DNA of 33,000 bases from Laetmonice hystrix (GCA_965235115.1 OZ249445.1:10447001-10480000), one strand, 5' to 3'. Shown: positions 21,066-33,000, numbered from the stretch's first letter. Translations and numbers: made by a program. The notes: generated by a model from the sequence alone, not told the origin.

Positions 21066-23131
21066 CTGATATACAAAGATGTTAACATATTTACATCGTT
21101 GAAACTCACAATGCCGAATGCTGAGTCATATTCCAAGAGAAAACCAAAGAGTAGGGATAGCATAAGGCCCTTATGTCATAATGTATAAGTAATGGTTACA
21201 TTTAGAAAACAATTCTGTGACACGTGGTAGGCGGCTTTAGGTGGCGAATGCTCACGGCGAGTGAAATCTCGAAATGTACGATGGATAACTCCTCTACTTT
21301 TCAAGCGGAGGTACTTAGAGTCCATATCTAGTCAATGACTCCACTAGTTACCTCGATTTCATACTGAAAACTGCAGACAAAACCACCTCCTATTGAAAAA
21401 GACTATATTCTGTTCCCCAAATGTGGACATCACTGCGCTGGGAAGATGATCGGAGCGTGAGAACCAACACATAGCTCGATCTGATGTCGATCTGATTTTC
21501 GTGTACACGTTCGCTAACGTTAAACACCAACTACTCACTCACTCGCTAACCAGTCTATAAACATAGGATCCTATCTGCAGCATGTTTGCTTATAGTCAGG
21601 TGGTCATTTCATGGTCGGAGCATTATTATTATGTTATTTTTTTACCTCCGCTTTCACCATTTGATAACATCGGACCTGTCATAAACACTGGGCACGGCGA
21701 GGGGCCCACAAAACTGACCAGCGTGTACATTCGGAGCATGTTGTGCCAGAACCTTCTCCGCCATGCAACCACAGTTTTCATTGTTTGGCACAAGACTATT
21801 CACGAGGACTGCCCGATTTCCTATATCTTCCGAGTAACTATCGGAGATCTGGTGTACACATTCAAGAAGTTGACGTGGCTATCCCTCTGAAAGTCAGGCA
21901 TTGTGCAGCTACAACCTGGCCATACATGTAGTATCTCCTTTCCCAGCAGTACGTACTGTTAATGAATTGCCTGCTAACAGCTGTTATTATACGGGCAGCA
22001 CTGCACTAATGAAAATACAATATCAGGATAGTGTTTCTGTTGACCTGGTATCTTGTATCCAGTATATGTATTCAGGTATATATTTCTATTAACTCCTGTT
22101 TCACTCCTTTTTGTAAGAATTCACATAAACCATATACGGTAGCTTTTCCCGCTTCTAGTTTAACACAGAAGGTTCTGTTCAAAGTGGATTTTAATTTTTC
22201 ATATATAAACCTACCTCCTAAAAACCATTCAGGTTTCTAACGAAAGAGTTTCTGATCTCATAGCTCATTAAACGCACAGCTCATTACGCAGTCGCAGAGC
22301 ACGCTGGCGATGTCATAATTACCATCATTCTACCCCGATGCTTCCGGCCTTTAACGTGACCTGCTGACTGAGCCCAGCTTGGCCGAGGTACGCTACCATT
22401 AGAGGCCAGATCTTTCCTGCCTTCCCAGCGATTCTCAGCCAAAAATGATTGCCATTGTGTGTCAAATCAATATACAGCCTGCTTCTCTGGGCTCGAGGAC
22501 GCCTTTGATGATGAGGTCAGTGAAAGATGTCGTGTAATGGGACAAAGTTACGGAGTCATTCTGTTAGGGCGAAGTCATACATTTAGTGTTTTTTTTTCAG
22601 AGAAAGAGACATGGAGTGAAAACTGAGATTTGAGGTTGCCTTAGAAGTCGTTCGTCAAAATCTGTTAAAAGCAGCCTTTTAAGTTTTAACTGTGTATTTC
22701 TTTACATAATACCTGGCGACACAACAGCGATTGGGGGGGGGGGGGCATACGGCCCTGATTGCGAATAATAACCCCCGGAAGATTGTAAGCTTTAGAAAAT
22801 ATATTGTACCTAAACATTAATATCTGCCATTCCAGACAAAAGGCCTCCGAATTCGAAATATAAGAGAAGGTCGCTCACATAAAGAAAGGGATGGTCTCAC
22901 CTGCCGGATCGACTGGAATCTGCAGATTTTTGCTCATCTCCTCACCACTGGCGTACTTTATGGCACTGAATGTTTTTTTTTATATTGATTCTGTTAACAC
23001 ATCATCTGAATCTACAGATGTGAAATTATCCCTGATGGTGGAAAAATTACAAAACGTTTTGGTATGTCGCCAATCGTTTGAACGTTGTGTTGTTGTGGTG
23101 TAGAACACAACTTTGGTAACAGTCGGCAACG

Positions 23132-23160
23132 AAAGTAGGTCATGTAGGTCAAGTAGGTCA
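23132..23160 (+). promoter_or_regulatory. Triple AGGTCA nuclear-receptor half-site array (9-bp period)
   Basis: AAAGT-AGGTCA-TGT-AGGTCA-AGT-AGGTCA, with half-sites at 23137, 23146 and 23155 (DR3 spacing). It could equally be a neutral 9-bp microduplication. Confidence 0.3.
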
Positions 23161-26100
23161 TTTTTAGTGACTGAAATAATTTCTGGCGGCTTTTAGAATT
23201 TATTTTAGATGATACCCGCCAAGTCCACATAGAAAGGTAGCTTTGGATCATATTGGAGAACCACAATGCAGACATAATTTTTGTGAAATGCCACGTATGA
23301 CTTGGAATTCGTGGTGCTCTCTTTAATATTCAATCTACAGGCGGCTGTCAATGAACAACGACCACAGACCAATATCGCTGGCGTACTTTGGTCGTGCATT
23401 TCTACATGTATCGGTCCGTTTACCTCGTCACCCGCTTTTCAATTATACCGCACTGCTGTGAGAAATGTGAATCCTATTGCGAACCTGACTTAATGAGCAT
23501 GTCTAGGAAATGATCGGATATCAATGCAAGTGACTCCCTGGAGCGGTGTCCATTGTACATATGACATGTGCCTAATTAGGCTACCTCAAGGTAAGCCTTA
23601 CTAATACATAACGTCAGAGCTGTGTTAGAGCTGGCTGGTTGCGTTCTCTAGCCAGCGGACATACAATAGATAATATCCTACGTTTTTATATATAGCCATT
23701 TTAGAGCGTTTACAATCTTCAGATTATATATTATTTAATTACACACATGGTTGTTTCTTTTCATACTTAAATGTGCGCCCAATTTGTTGTAAAGTTGAAA
23801 ACTTGACTCAAAAATCCAATTACCCAACCGTACAAGCGCCTTGTGCCAAGCCACACACAGTTCGCTTGCACGGCAACCAATCTATATGTCGATACTCTGT
23901 AGAGGCATTAGACTTTCCCTTGAGACCCACTCATCGGCATGTTCGAGCCTCCGAGTGTGACTCAAATTGACCGTAATAACATGATATATAAACACCCCGT
24001 CTATTGCATTTGGCTGATTACAGTTCTCGAGCGATCACTGCCACATTTATTTGTTGCATTATTGATTTCCCTCAGTCATTTCTATGAGCTGATAATGTGT
24101 GAGGTATGGTACAAGGATAGGCAGTCATGTAAGCCTTTTCCACCATTCTGCACTGACTATAAAGGCGACATGAAACCAATGCTGGTCTTATATCCGGGCA
24201 ACGTAATTTCTCTTGATGACATTAATTCACATCCAGAAAAGTACTGTATCTGGTCTCAATTTAAAAAAGTAACATTCTCGAATCACGAGACGTCTACGTC
24301 ATTTTGGTCTCTTCATGTAGAAATGGGCAACGAAAAAGAAAAACTCACTACTTGCTATCATTCTGTGTCCCTGTTCTCTCCAGTCCACTCATATGAAACA
24401 TTTTTCGGTATTCCTCTTTCACTTGAGGTCAAAACTGCATGTCAAGATCCAAAGCTTCTTGTATTGGGCTGCAACCCCCTCCCCCCACCCCCAACCCGAA
24501 CCAAACTTCAGAGACGTCATTGAGGGGCATCCAGTGTTCATGGTTCACCTCCTTGTTGGGTCGTTGACCTACAAGCCAGCTGAGGGTCCACTCAGAGTGC
24601 GATAATGGGTCCTAGATGAAAGCCCCATTTACCATGGCCTCTCTTCCCATCCAGCCGAGGATCCAGACACTGCGAGGCTCATAGTATTTTCAACGACACT
24701 CTTTGGTAATACCGCTAGTATCGATAACTAGGGAAAAATTCACAGCCTGAAGTAAACTCCACTTTGAACCAATCCTGAAGCAATCAACGAGCCAGCGATA
24801 TCTCCAATAGGTTTTCGCACGTTCTGACAGTGTGTAAGTCTCAGGTACTAACGCTTACATTACAGGCGGCTCAGAAATAATAAGCTGATAAAATGACTGA
24901 TGCCTGGCCTAAGATGTTAAGCAAACTTTATTCTCTGACATTTTCAGTTTGCTCGTAAACATACGTAATCACAAAGTAAGAGGTCCAGTGAGACCCTGCA
25001 ACACAACAATGTCACGAGATTTCTGTGAGAACAATTACAAGGACTACAGAGAGTTCAGTAGCTTTTTTCCTCCTAAAAAGACCTCCTCTGCTTAAATAAT
25101 CATTCTAATATTTTTTCTCTGTCCCAAAGGCTTTGCAATCATAGGATCAGCGAATCTCTGGTAGATCTCTGAGGGGTGTAGCTGGCATGTTCGTATAGAT
25201 TAAGAATCGCAGCCAGAACATAATGATGAGCCCACATGAATACATTCACAAGCTGTCTCGCTCACGCAACTCGCTGCCGTCAAAGGGCTGTCTGGAACCC
25301 GAGCACACCATGTCCGGACCGCCATCGAGTGGCCTCTGACACTGCAGTGAATGCACACATCGAAACTGAGCATTTGTTGGTGTGACTACCGCCTGTAAAC
25401 GTGACCACGAGGCGAGCAATAGGTCCCTAACGGGAACTATGATCATGTTTTACATGGACAGTCAGTCAACAGGCCCTTCAGCCAGATACGCTGTCAACCT
25501 GTCATTGTAAGGTCCCACAGCTATCCAGCTCATAAACTCTGGTCGACACCCCATGCCTTAACAGGTTGCGCCGTGCGCGGCTGGTTGAAAGTGGAGCCAG
25601 GACATTATTTCTGTATGCCGTGTGGCCAGCTTTTCCCACCTGTCAGTCAGCGATAACCCACCACAATCATTCGTGTACAACGCTGAATTGATGGCCAGAG
25701 CTAAGCTGCTGGCAGCTGCTGCTCACAGAGTCTTACACTGAACTCCAGAAACCGGAATCTGACAGGGAAATACTTTAACAACTTCACAGGCTTCAAAAGA
25801 TAACGCTGAATGGCTGTAGAATTCTAACAAATCGTCCGTCCAGTACATGTCAGAGATTTCTCAGACGTGGGATTATGTGTTCTTGCATTCAACAGCAGCA
25901 AACAATAACACCCAAATGCAAACCCCAAAATTAACGTGATGAGATGTTAGGAAGGTGTATACACCCTTACATCACATATACATTCAAGCTAGCTTGAAAT
26001 TTATTCTTGCAAAGAAGCAAGGAAGTGTTATATTACAAACTGTAAGGTAAATTTTCAGGATAAATCCTGAGAGGAATCGGACGGGATTGTGAGAAAAGAA

Positions 26101-26357
26101 TCGACCTAGTCCTACCTGGTACGACATTTGAGCGATTCATGGAACTGCATACCATGTCATTAGTGAGAGAGCAACGTACCTGTAACAGATGAAAAGCAAT
26201 AGAAATTATAATCTCCGATTTTTCCGTAGCTGATACAATTAAAGTCAAAACTGACAGATACTTAACATGCGACCGCTGATGGCTGAGGCAAACATTAATG
26301 TTGATAGAGAAACTGCATATTTTGTAAATCAAACTGCTGTCTGTTCTCTTTATCCAC

Positions 26358-26857
26358 TATGGAGCGCTACCACATCCTCTCTCGAGAAGTAGGTGAATGT
26401 CGCAACATTTTCTTTCCAGGAAACAGGAGGACGTAGTAACATACTATTTCTGAGATACAGGAGGGTGTAGTAACTTCCTCTTTCTGAGATACAGGAGGAT
26501 GTTTTAACATCCTCTTTCTGAGATACAGGAGGGTGTAGTAACATCCTCTTTCTGAGATATAGGAGGGCGTAGTAACATCCTATTTCTGAGATACAGGAGG
26601 GTGTAGTAACATCCCCTTTCTGAGATACAGGAGGGTGCTAGTGACATCTTATTTCTGAGATAAGGGAGGATGTAGTGACATCTTATTTCTGAGATACAGG
26701 AGGGTGTAGTAACATCCTCTTTCTGAGATACAGGAGGGTGTAGTAACATCCTATTTCTGAGATACAGGAGGGTGTAGTGACATCCTATTTCTGAGATACA
26801 AGAAAATGTAGTGACATCCTATTTCTGAGATACGGGAGGATGTGGTACAGATCCATA
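26358..26857. mobile_element. 500-bp MITE-like element: ~56-bp imperfect TIRs ending in TA, filled with a 34-bp tandem array
   Basis: Left TATGGAGCGCTACCACATCCTC versus the right reverse complement TATGGATCTGTACCACATCCTC matches 19/22, with a 12-bp perfect core. Inverted similarity continues to ACATTTTCT (26405-26413) / AGAAAATGT (26801-26809). TA sits at both outer ends, compatible with a Tc1/mariner-type TA TSD. Confidence 0.65.
26414..26850. repeat. 34-bp minisatellite, ~13 copies, hairpin-forming unit
   Basis: Consensus TTCTGAGATACAGGAGGGTGTAGTAACATCCT(C/A)T. Units start at 26448, 26482, 26516, 26550, 26584, 26618 (35 bp), 26653, 26687, 26721, 26755, 26789 and 26823, plus a degenerate copy at 26414. 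Confidence 0.97.
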
Positions 26858-27828
26858 TCATATTTCTTTACAATGATTGCCCTGGTGGTAACTGTACACC
26901 ACCTAGAAATATCTTGGGGAACACCTGCATGAAGCCATATCCCACAATATCTCACTGGGCAGCCTGAAACTCCCCCAGAATAACGCACTGTTACTAAAAA
27001 CAGGTTCCAATCTCAGGATTTGAGAACGTCCGATAATAAATGGCTGATCAAAACACAGATGGAAAAAGATGAACACAATGTCCTTTGATTCTCAGTCATT
27101 GTTAATAATCGTGAATCCGTGTGTGTATTGAACCAAATAACAACATGAATTGACCTTGTCTGCCGGAAGATTGCCTGCAAATCAATCTTCTTTGGCTACA
27201 GAGGGGACCCACTTCTCTGCCAGGGTTTCCACATTATCTAACTACTGGTCTAGATTTGGTGGTGGGAAGAGTAAGGATCTGAGATGAAGGAACCCGACCG
27301 GCTGGGTGGTAGGGTTCCAGGGTATATCACGTGACCAGTGCCCATTGTGATCGGTTCTCCACTACCTGCCTGACCGACGCCTTGGTCTGAGACAGTGGTG
27401 TCACCTGATGGTCCGTTGGTCAGCCTCACTGCCCCCACCCCCACCCCGAGTAGGTGGCCGCAGCCCGAGCCGACAAGCGTTCATAACGTTAATCAACCAC
27501 ACTGATTACTTCCGACCTCACTGACTCCACTGACGGCTGCTGCCGGTTTCGACTTAAAGTCCGGATAGGCAGATCACGCTCAAACTCTGCTCCCTCATTC
27601 AAGACAAAGATGGTTCGCTGGTATCATCACCAGGCCGCTTTAGTTTTACTCGAAGAGATTATTGGGCCCTCGGGAACCGCCACTCCATGCTGCAAATCAT
27701 CCCTCGACTCTCTTTTGTGACCGTGAGAAAACCATACTTCTAAAGGCAAAACAAATGAGACGCTGATGCAATGTTTGCTTCATAAAGATCAAGAATATAT
27801 CAGAAATGGCCTGCATTATAAATGGCTC

Positions 27829-27974
27829 CATGTTCAGAATTTTTCCATGACGTAAACTGTTGCATACAGGAGCTTCATCAATCTCTTTAAGTGTTTATTA
27901 TGGCTCCACCTGTACAGAATTTATGGCACTTTGCTGAGAAGAACAAAATGTATCTACACTTAGCATATCATGGA
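27829..27974 (+). pseudogene. Possible degenerate RNase H fragment of a DIRS/Ngaro-type retrotransposon
   Basis: HVQNFSMT*TVAY, then after a 1-nt frameshift PPVQNLWHFAEKNKMYLHLAYHG. Motif order and spacing fit the remembered DIRS RNase H pattern HVxxxSDNxTxVAY-(~18 aa)-LWxWxxxxNIxLxxxHIPG. Confidence 0.35.
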
Positions 27975-30053
27975 GACGCAAGACCAGAGTTACAGTTCGA
28001 TATAGTAAACTAATCACCATCGTTCGGCATTCGTGGACCAAGCCATCAGAATAATACAAGATGAGATCGCTAATGAGAAACGTTTATAATAAGTATGGAG
28101 GCAATGGTACGAAACTGCGATGCAATTGGGCAATCAAACGGTTCGCTTCCCCTGAAAGACTGCCAAATCAATTTCTGTGAGGTGACAAATTTCCATGTTG
28201 ATGGTACTTCATCAGTTGGGCATTCATTATTCAGTGATCATCTCCACTCACGCCTCCCCTTAATGAGTTCACAGGCCACCCACAGACCCAGACCTGGTCT
28301 GAGGGTCAGGGGTCTGAGCTTCTACTACAAACCCCGGCTCTGGAGGGAAATGTTACCGGGACAATCAGGTACGGTCCTCAACCAGCCGGGTTGGAGCTGG
28401 TCATTTATAATCACTATCCTAGCCATTGACTATAGACAACAACAATTAGGATCACACGGGCTAAATAAACGTCCTCGTATGGCCCCAACAAACACAGGCC
28501 GCCGGCTACAGCAAGTCATCTCACTGGCATCGTTAATATTTAATCCCCGTGCCCATCATTCTGGCTCACAGAGAACTCGTTTTTTTACAGCTCATCTCAA
28601 GTTTCACCGGGTGTAACGAGATGCAGTCAGTCTTGGGTTGTTACATCTTACTGTACTTTCAACACGGTCATTGCTACTCTTATCACATCCCTGAAGTATA
28701 GAAAATCTCCATGTCTCTGATGTGATTTAAAAGAATACTGCCTTTTCAATTGTACTTTAACATATTGATTGAAAGAACTCTTTTAACTAAAGATCTGTGA
28801 CTCTCTGGATACAGCGGCCGATTCCAAATGAAAGGAAGTCCTCAAACCTTATTAAATACAATTTTGTCTTTCAGTCCTTGACCGACGAGCAATAGCTCAA
28901 CTACCCCATTGCTTTGGATTGAATTTCTTGCATCTTAAAGGTTTGATACATTGAACTTCTGCCTCCGCATTCCTTCTTAAAGGTCATCGTACCATCCCTT
29001 ATTTGGCAGTCATTTCAATCCTGCCACCTCCAGTCAACTTGCCAACCACAAAATGCGCCTGCCAAACAGCCTGAGAGTGATAGCTCAACAGGAGTTAAAG
29101 AAAAAAGTCTTAAATTGTTAATAAGCGATCCTTCTCCCGGCCACTTTGACAGGCACACGGCAGCTGGAAATAAAACTTCTGCCAAGGATTGGAAAAGAAA
29201 AGAAAACGGAAGCCAGAGAGAGGGGGATTCTCTGACAACATCTGTCTGTTTACTATCCGTGGCCAGTATCTCCATGTGTTGGCATCATCCTAAACAATGA
29301 CTTGCAATCAATGATGATCCACTGCCAGAACTCCGAGTGCACAGAAGACTGCTGTGCTTACACTATCTATTATATATGCTAATGACTTACCCTTTACGAC
29401 CTAGGTCGATAAACAACTTTCAATTGACTTTTCTGGCCAAAATATACTTAGCAAACAAACATTTAGCTAAAATGCCCCACAAGGTCAATATACATTCGTG
29501 CAATCACAACAGACGCTGCAATATGACGGTACACATGCTACGGTGTAACATGCCATAATGCTAACGTGACGAGCCATTACAATGCAATAGATGGGCTTAT
29601 CAAGGCAATGTGGAAGCGTGGTTACCTAACTCGTGATCGCTGTACAATTGTGCCGTCCCCTACATTCTCCTTGGTATTGACAGAGGTAATTCATATTCCT
29701 ACCTTTAGATATAAGGCATTTAGACTGAGCTCCCAGTATAAACACACCGCCATCAGTGAGGAATATTAGCTCCATAGAAAGACCAACAAGTGGTGCCAGG
29801 AGTGAGAATAGCTGGAGCCATTATCCGACATTTATGTGAACCGCTCATTGTCAGCCAGGTGAGGCAGCCGCTAGAAGGGCCGTCATATGGGCCATCTTTC
29901 ATCCAGGGCCACAATCACTGCTCCCTCCCTCCCTCCACCCTCCATCTCTCCGTGAGACGGCCTCACCAGGACACGCTCACCATTTACCACTCTATCCGTA
30001 TCACGCAGGTACGTGACTGCAGGCCCACTCACAGACCACACCATTGAGTAAAC

Positions 30054-30089
30054 ACTATTTAAACAGTGACAACTATTCAAACAGTGACA
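30054..30089. repeat. 18-bp tandem duplication (17/18)
   Basis: ACTATTTAAACAGTGACA / ACTATTCAAACAGTGACA. Confidence 0.85.
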
Positions 30090-30654
30090 ACGAAAAATTA
30101 CCGTCTGTTTCTCTATGTAATCGGGCTATTGTCTGAACACTCCTTGAGAACACGACCAGATTATAGACATTCGCACGACATTCTGGAGGAGGCAGGCAGA
30201 CTTACTTATCGAATCATGCCTGTCCACCAATTCCTCTCTTATACACACTTGATCTTTTAACATTTATTGGGTCTTGATTCTCAGGAGAGCTTTTATATTT
30301 TTTGAGTACTCGTACTTAAAATCGTTAAAAATAAAATACTTCAGGTCATACGCAAGCATATTGACCAACACCGTCCTACCCTAGTAAGGGAGTAGATAGA
30401 ATTCACACAGTAATTAATCATATAGCCCCTGTAATAATGTTGGTGATATAGAAATCCATTGCTTTCTCTCAGTTTTCACCTCCTATCTTCAGTTGTCACG
30501 TGCCTTCCCACAAAACTCCCACTACGTCTATATACCATCGCACTCACACAGTGCTCCCAGCATCTACCGCTGGGCCGCGGCCTCGGCACTTAACTTCCTC
30601 AAGAAACTGGAATAGTCCCAAGGTCGGATTTCGGCGTTTAAAACAAAAACTTAC

Positions 30655-30700
30655 TGCAATCTATTACCCGTACTACCAAACTTTACTCTACCTCCATCAC
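30655..30700 (-). CDS. Candidate short exon (46 nt, phase 1 to phase 2), product unknown
   Basis: Strong acceptor cttttacggtttttatattccag| and donor GCA|GTAAGT. Only one frame is open: GDGGRVKFGSTGNRL. Confidence 0.35.
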
Positions 30701-32594
30701 CTGGAATATAAAAACCGTAAAAGTTGATCTAACCTGTGTCAGCTCCTTGAGCACAGATCTCTGGGAGTTAAACTAAAACGTCCGGGTACACCTCCCAACA
30801 ATCCACTAAGGTGATCAATCCTCGCACTATTAGCGTAACCAAGTGAACCTGCGGTGGGCCTTTGTACCCAACATTGCATCTCTAATTGAACACATAAAAT
30901 GGGACACCAAGAGAATACCAGATCCTGATTGGCACGTTTGTCTTCCAATTTTTGCCGGTTAGGAAACGAATTCTGGTGGACTATGTAAGACTATCGTAGG
31001 GTGGGGTGGGGGGGGGGGCAAAGGTCTGACTGACAGTCGGCATGACTATCTGCTAGCTGTCCATTCACTCAGAGGGGCCGGGTCTGTATAGCTGAGGTGA
31101 TGTCATGTGTGGTTGAGAAAATTAACATGGAAACCCTGGGGACGGCAGGAAAATTCTTCTGGTGATCTGCGGGAGCGAGGGTGGGGGGTGAGTGTGAGGC
31201 AAGAGATACCTCCATTTAATCCAATCATCCTACCTATACACACCGGGGGATTGTCAGGAGAAAACATCATGTTAACACTTCAGTGGTCGGTCTTTGAATC
31301 GGCAGACGCATTTAAGCCCATTATAAGGTCATTATAAGTATAATCAATGCGAAGCTAATGAGGTAATCTAATAAGCCTTTTCTCAATTGCGTAATTACAT
31401 TATCTAGTATGCAAATTGACTCTGTGGTTAATGTTTAGTTTTAATCTCATCCATAACGTAAATTCCCCCGTGCCCACGATTACTTTCATACTCTGAGTGC
31501 TCGACCAGTGGCCAAGCCCCCGCGATTAGTTGGTCAACTGATATGAATTATTAATCTTAATGTTGACATGTATCAAAAGTAAGTTAGCCATCCAGCAAAG
31601 AATTCAATATTACGGCACACATCGTACATTCCATCTAACAGCCAGCATCGAAAGTGAAAGAACATAGATTCGGTACAATATGAAATAGTGCTATTTCATT
31701 TCAAAACACCAGTTCTTGCCCTCTGCTTCCAGTCGATTCTGAGGACAGTCGAAAAGAATTATATGTGACTGAAGCCTTAGTCCTCATTCATGTTTGCCAC
31801 AGAGAACCGTAATATTGTTGGTTTTGCCTGCACCCTTCAGCTGTAGCTATTTTGATGTTGTAGCCATGACGTATTGCTTACTTAGAAAAAAACAATGTAT
31901 ATAACGACAGCTGCAGGGTAGGGTTCTAAATTAAGCACTACGTGACCCTTTGGTCCAGGAAACTAGGTAAAATCGGAGGGCCCGATAAATCGTCTAATTG
32001 AAGCCACATCCCTCACGGAAGCCATACTGTGATAGCAATCCCCTTTGGTGAAAAGGGTGAATTTTGGTGCTCTTACCCACATTTACCCAGAAAATTAGCA
32101 CCAAAAAAGCATCCAATCTAAACTCTGTGGTACAATAACAGAGAACGAATGAAACGTGTAATAAAATATCTTACATTAAATTCATTGTGTGGGTGAGCGA
32201 TTTATTTAGAGGCTGAAGAACGGCGGGTCCATGTGAAGAGTTAGAGGAATTCACACACCCAGTTGTGGCCAATCTTTTAGTCACATACAATTTGTATATA
32301 TTGACTGATTCCTACTTTGAAGGGTGTTTTCTATTCATTTTAGTCAAGTGATATATGAGCATTTTCATATTCTTAACCATAATACATATTTCACATTGAG
32401 ATTTAAGGTTCACCAGCTGTTTGGCTTAGGTATAGCAATGAAAAAATCTTACAATACAAAAGATGCACACCTGCCTTAGCATGCTGAACAACAAAGCCAT
32501 AAGATTCCCTTTCACTGTGAATAGTGAAAAACAAAACATGACCGACAGCCAAATCCGCTGTTCACAATCTATGGTGTGCTATTTTCTCCTGCAG

Positions 32595-32676
32595 GTTTTA
32601 CCTTCGGGTTTGGAGGCTGCGCTGACAGCAGCCCACCTGACTGGCCTATATTGAATGACTGGTCCACCAGCTACTC
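32595..32676 (+). CDS. Candidate plus-strand exon, product unknown
   Basis: Strong acceptor gtgctattttctcctgcag|. The phase-1 frame GFTFGFGGCADSSPPDWPILNDWSTSY ends at a weak donor CTC|GTAAAA. The alternative phase-0 reading is a terminal VLPSGLEAALTAAHLTGLY*. Confidence 0.2.
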
Positions 32677-33000
32677 GTAAAACCCTGTCTGAACTACATC
32701 CAAGACAGCAGTGCTACGGTCTGCATTTCATCTCAGTACCCGAAGACTACAGGACGAGTCCGCTACATGAGTTGCCAGTTCAACCGATGCTCGTCCACGT
32801 TTCAACGTTTGGCACTAAGGGGAGGGGGGCGACATGGTGTAGCCGATAAACAGTTACATGTTATCAATCATTGCCCTTCTCCCAATTACCTTCAACTCCT
32901 TTACAAGGAACTGCATAAATTCTACATGCGCAGGTTTATTGCTTGTCGCCTCCCTAGTTAATGGCTGAACGCTACAAGACCGCGACGCTTGACATTTCTC

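Noticed and set aside
22733-22757. Solo hAT-like end G13-CATACGGCCCTG
   Set aside because: No matching opposite TIR or TSD was found, so no element can be delimited.
22440-23300. Minus-strand Gypsy-like words DLIIKGVLEP (~22500) and VVLQYDPKLPFYVD (~23240)
   Set aside because: On the minus strand the RNase H-like word precedes the RT-start-like word, which is the wrong order for a pol gene. Each match is short.
23939-24523. 194-aa ORF with faint Gypsy RT-like words (FCTDYK..YP..DD..W..VEM..EKEK..YE..FG)
   Set aside because: Motif spacing is off by several residues and there is no YxDD catalytic motif. An intact frame with such diverged residues is more consistent with chance. A profile search (RVT_1) would settle it.
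26414-26850. CRISPR-like appearance of 34-bp hairpin repeats (also the 32- and 42-bp arrays)
   Set aside because: Units are directly head-to-tail with no unique spacers, there are no cas genes, and the context is eukaryotic.
28095-28616. 173-aa ORF
   Set aside because: No recognisable domain or splice context, and composition is unremarkable. Length alone is not convincing in a locally GC-richer stretch.

Overview
This is eukaryotic (metazoan-type) genomic DNA, roughly 40% GC by eye, mostly intronic or intergenic and littered with old repeats. It has no prokaryotic operon, CRISPR array, rRNA or tRNA. Almost all ORFs in the supplied track look like chance ORFs or products of a 42-bp repeat whose unit is a multiple of 3. 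One minus-strand coding exon is convincing (3236-3344; amphipathic coiled-coil peptide resembling an F-BAR/FCH helix), and several weaker exon candidates lie upstream of it. The clearest structure the ORF track does not explain is three unrelated minisatellites, each bracketed by inverted repeats or hairpins. These are a 42-bp x18 array (2161-2916), a 32-bp palindromic array inside 26-bp TIRs (14221-14429), and a 34-bp hairpin array inside ~56-bp imperfect TIRs ending in TA (26358-26857). Also present are a 146-bp hAT-type MITE with an 8-bp TSD, a LINE (L2/CR1-like) C-terminal scrap, a possible DIRS RNase H remnant, a near-perfect 113/133-bp tandem duplication, an RFX X-box, a triple AGGTCA element and several poly-C/G tracts. 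All protein-family calls come from remembered motifs, not database searches. I see no firm evidence of a complete novel coding system. The best candidate for something undescribed is the set of array-carrying, inverted-repeat-bounded elements.
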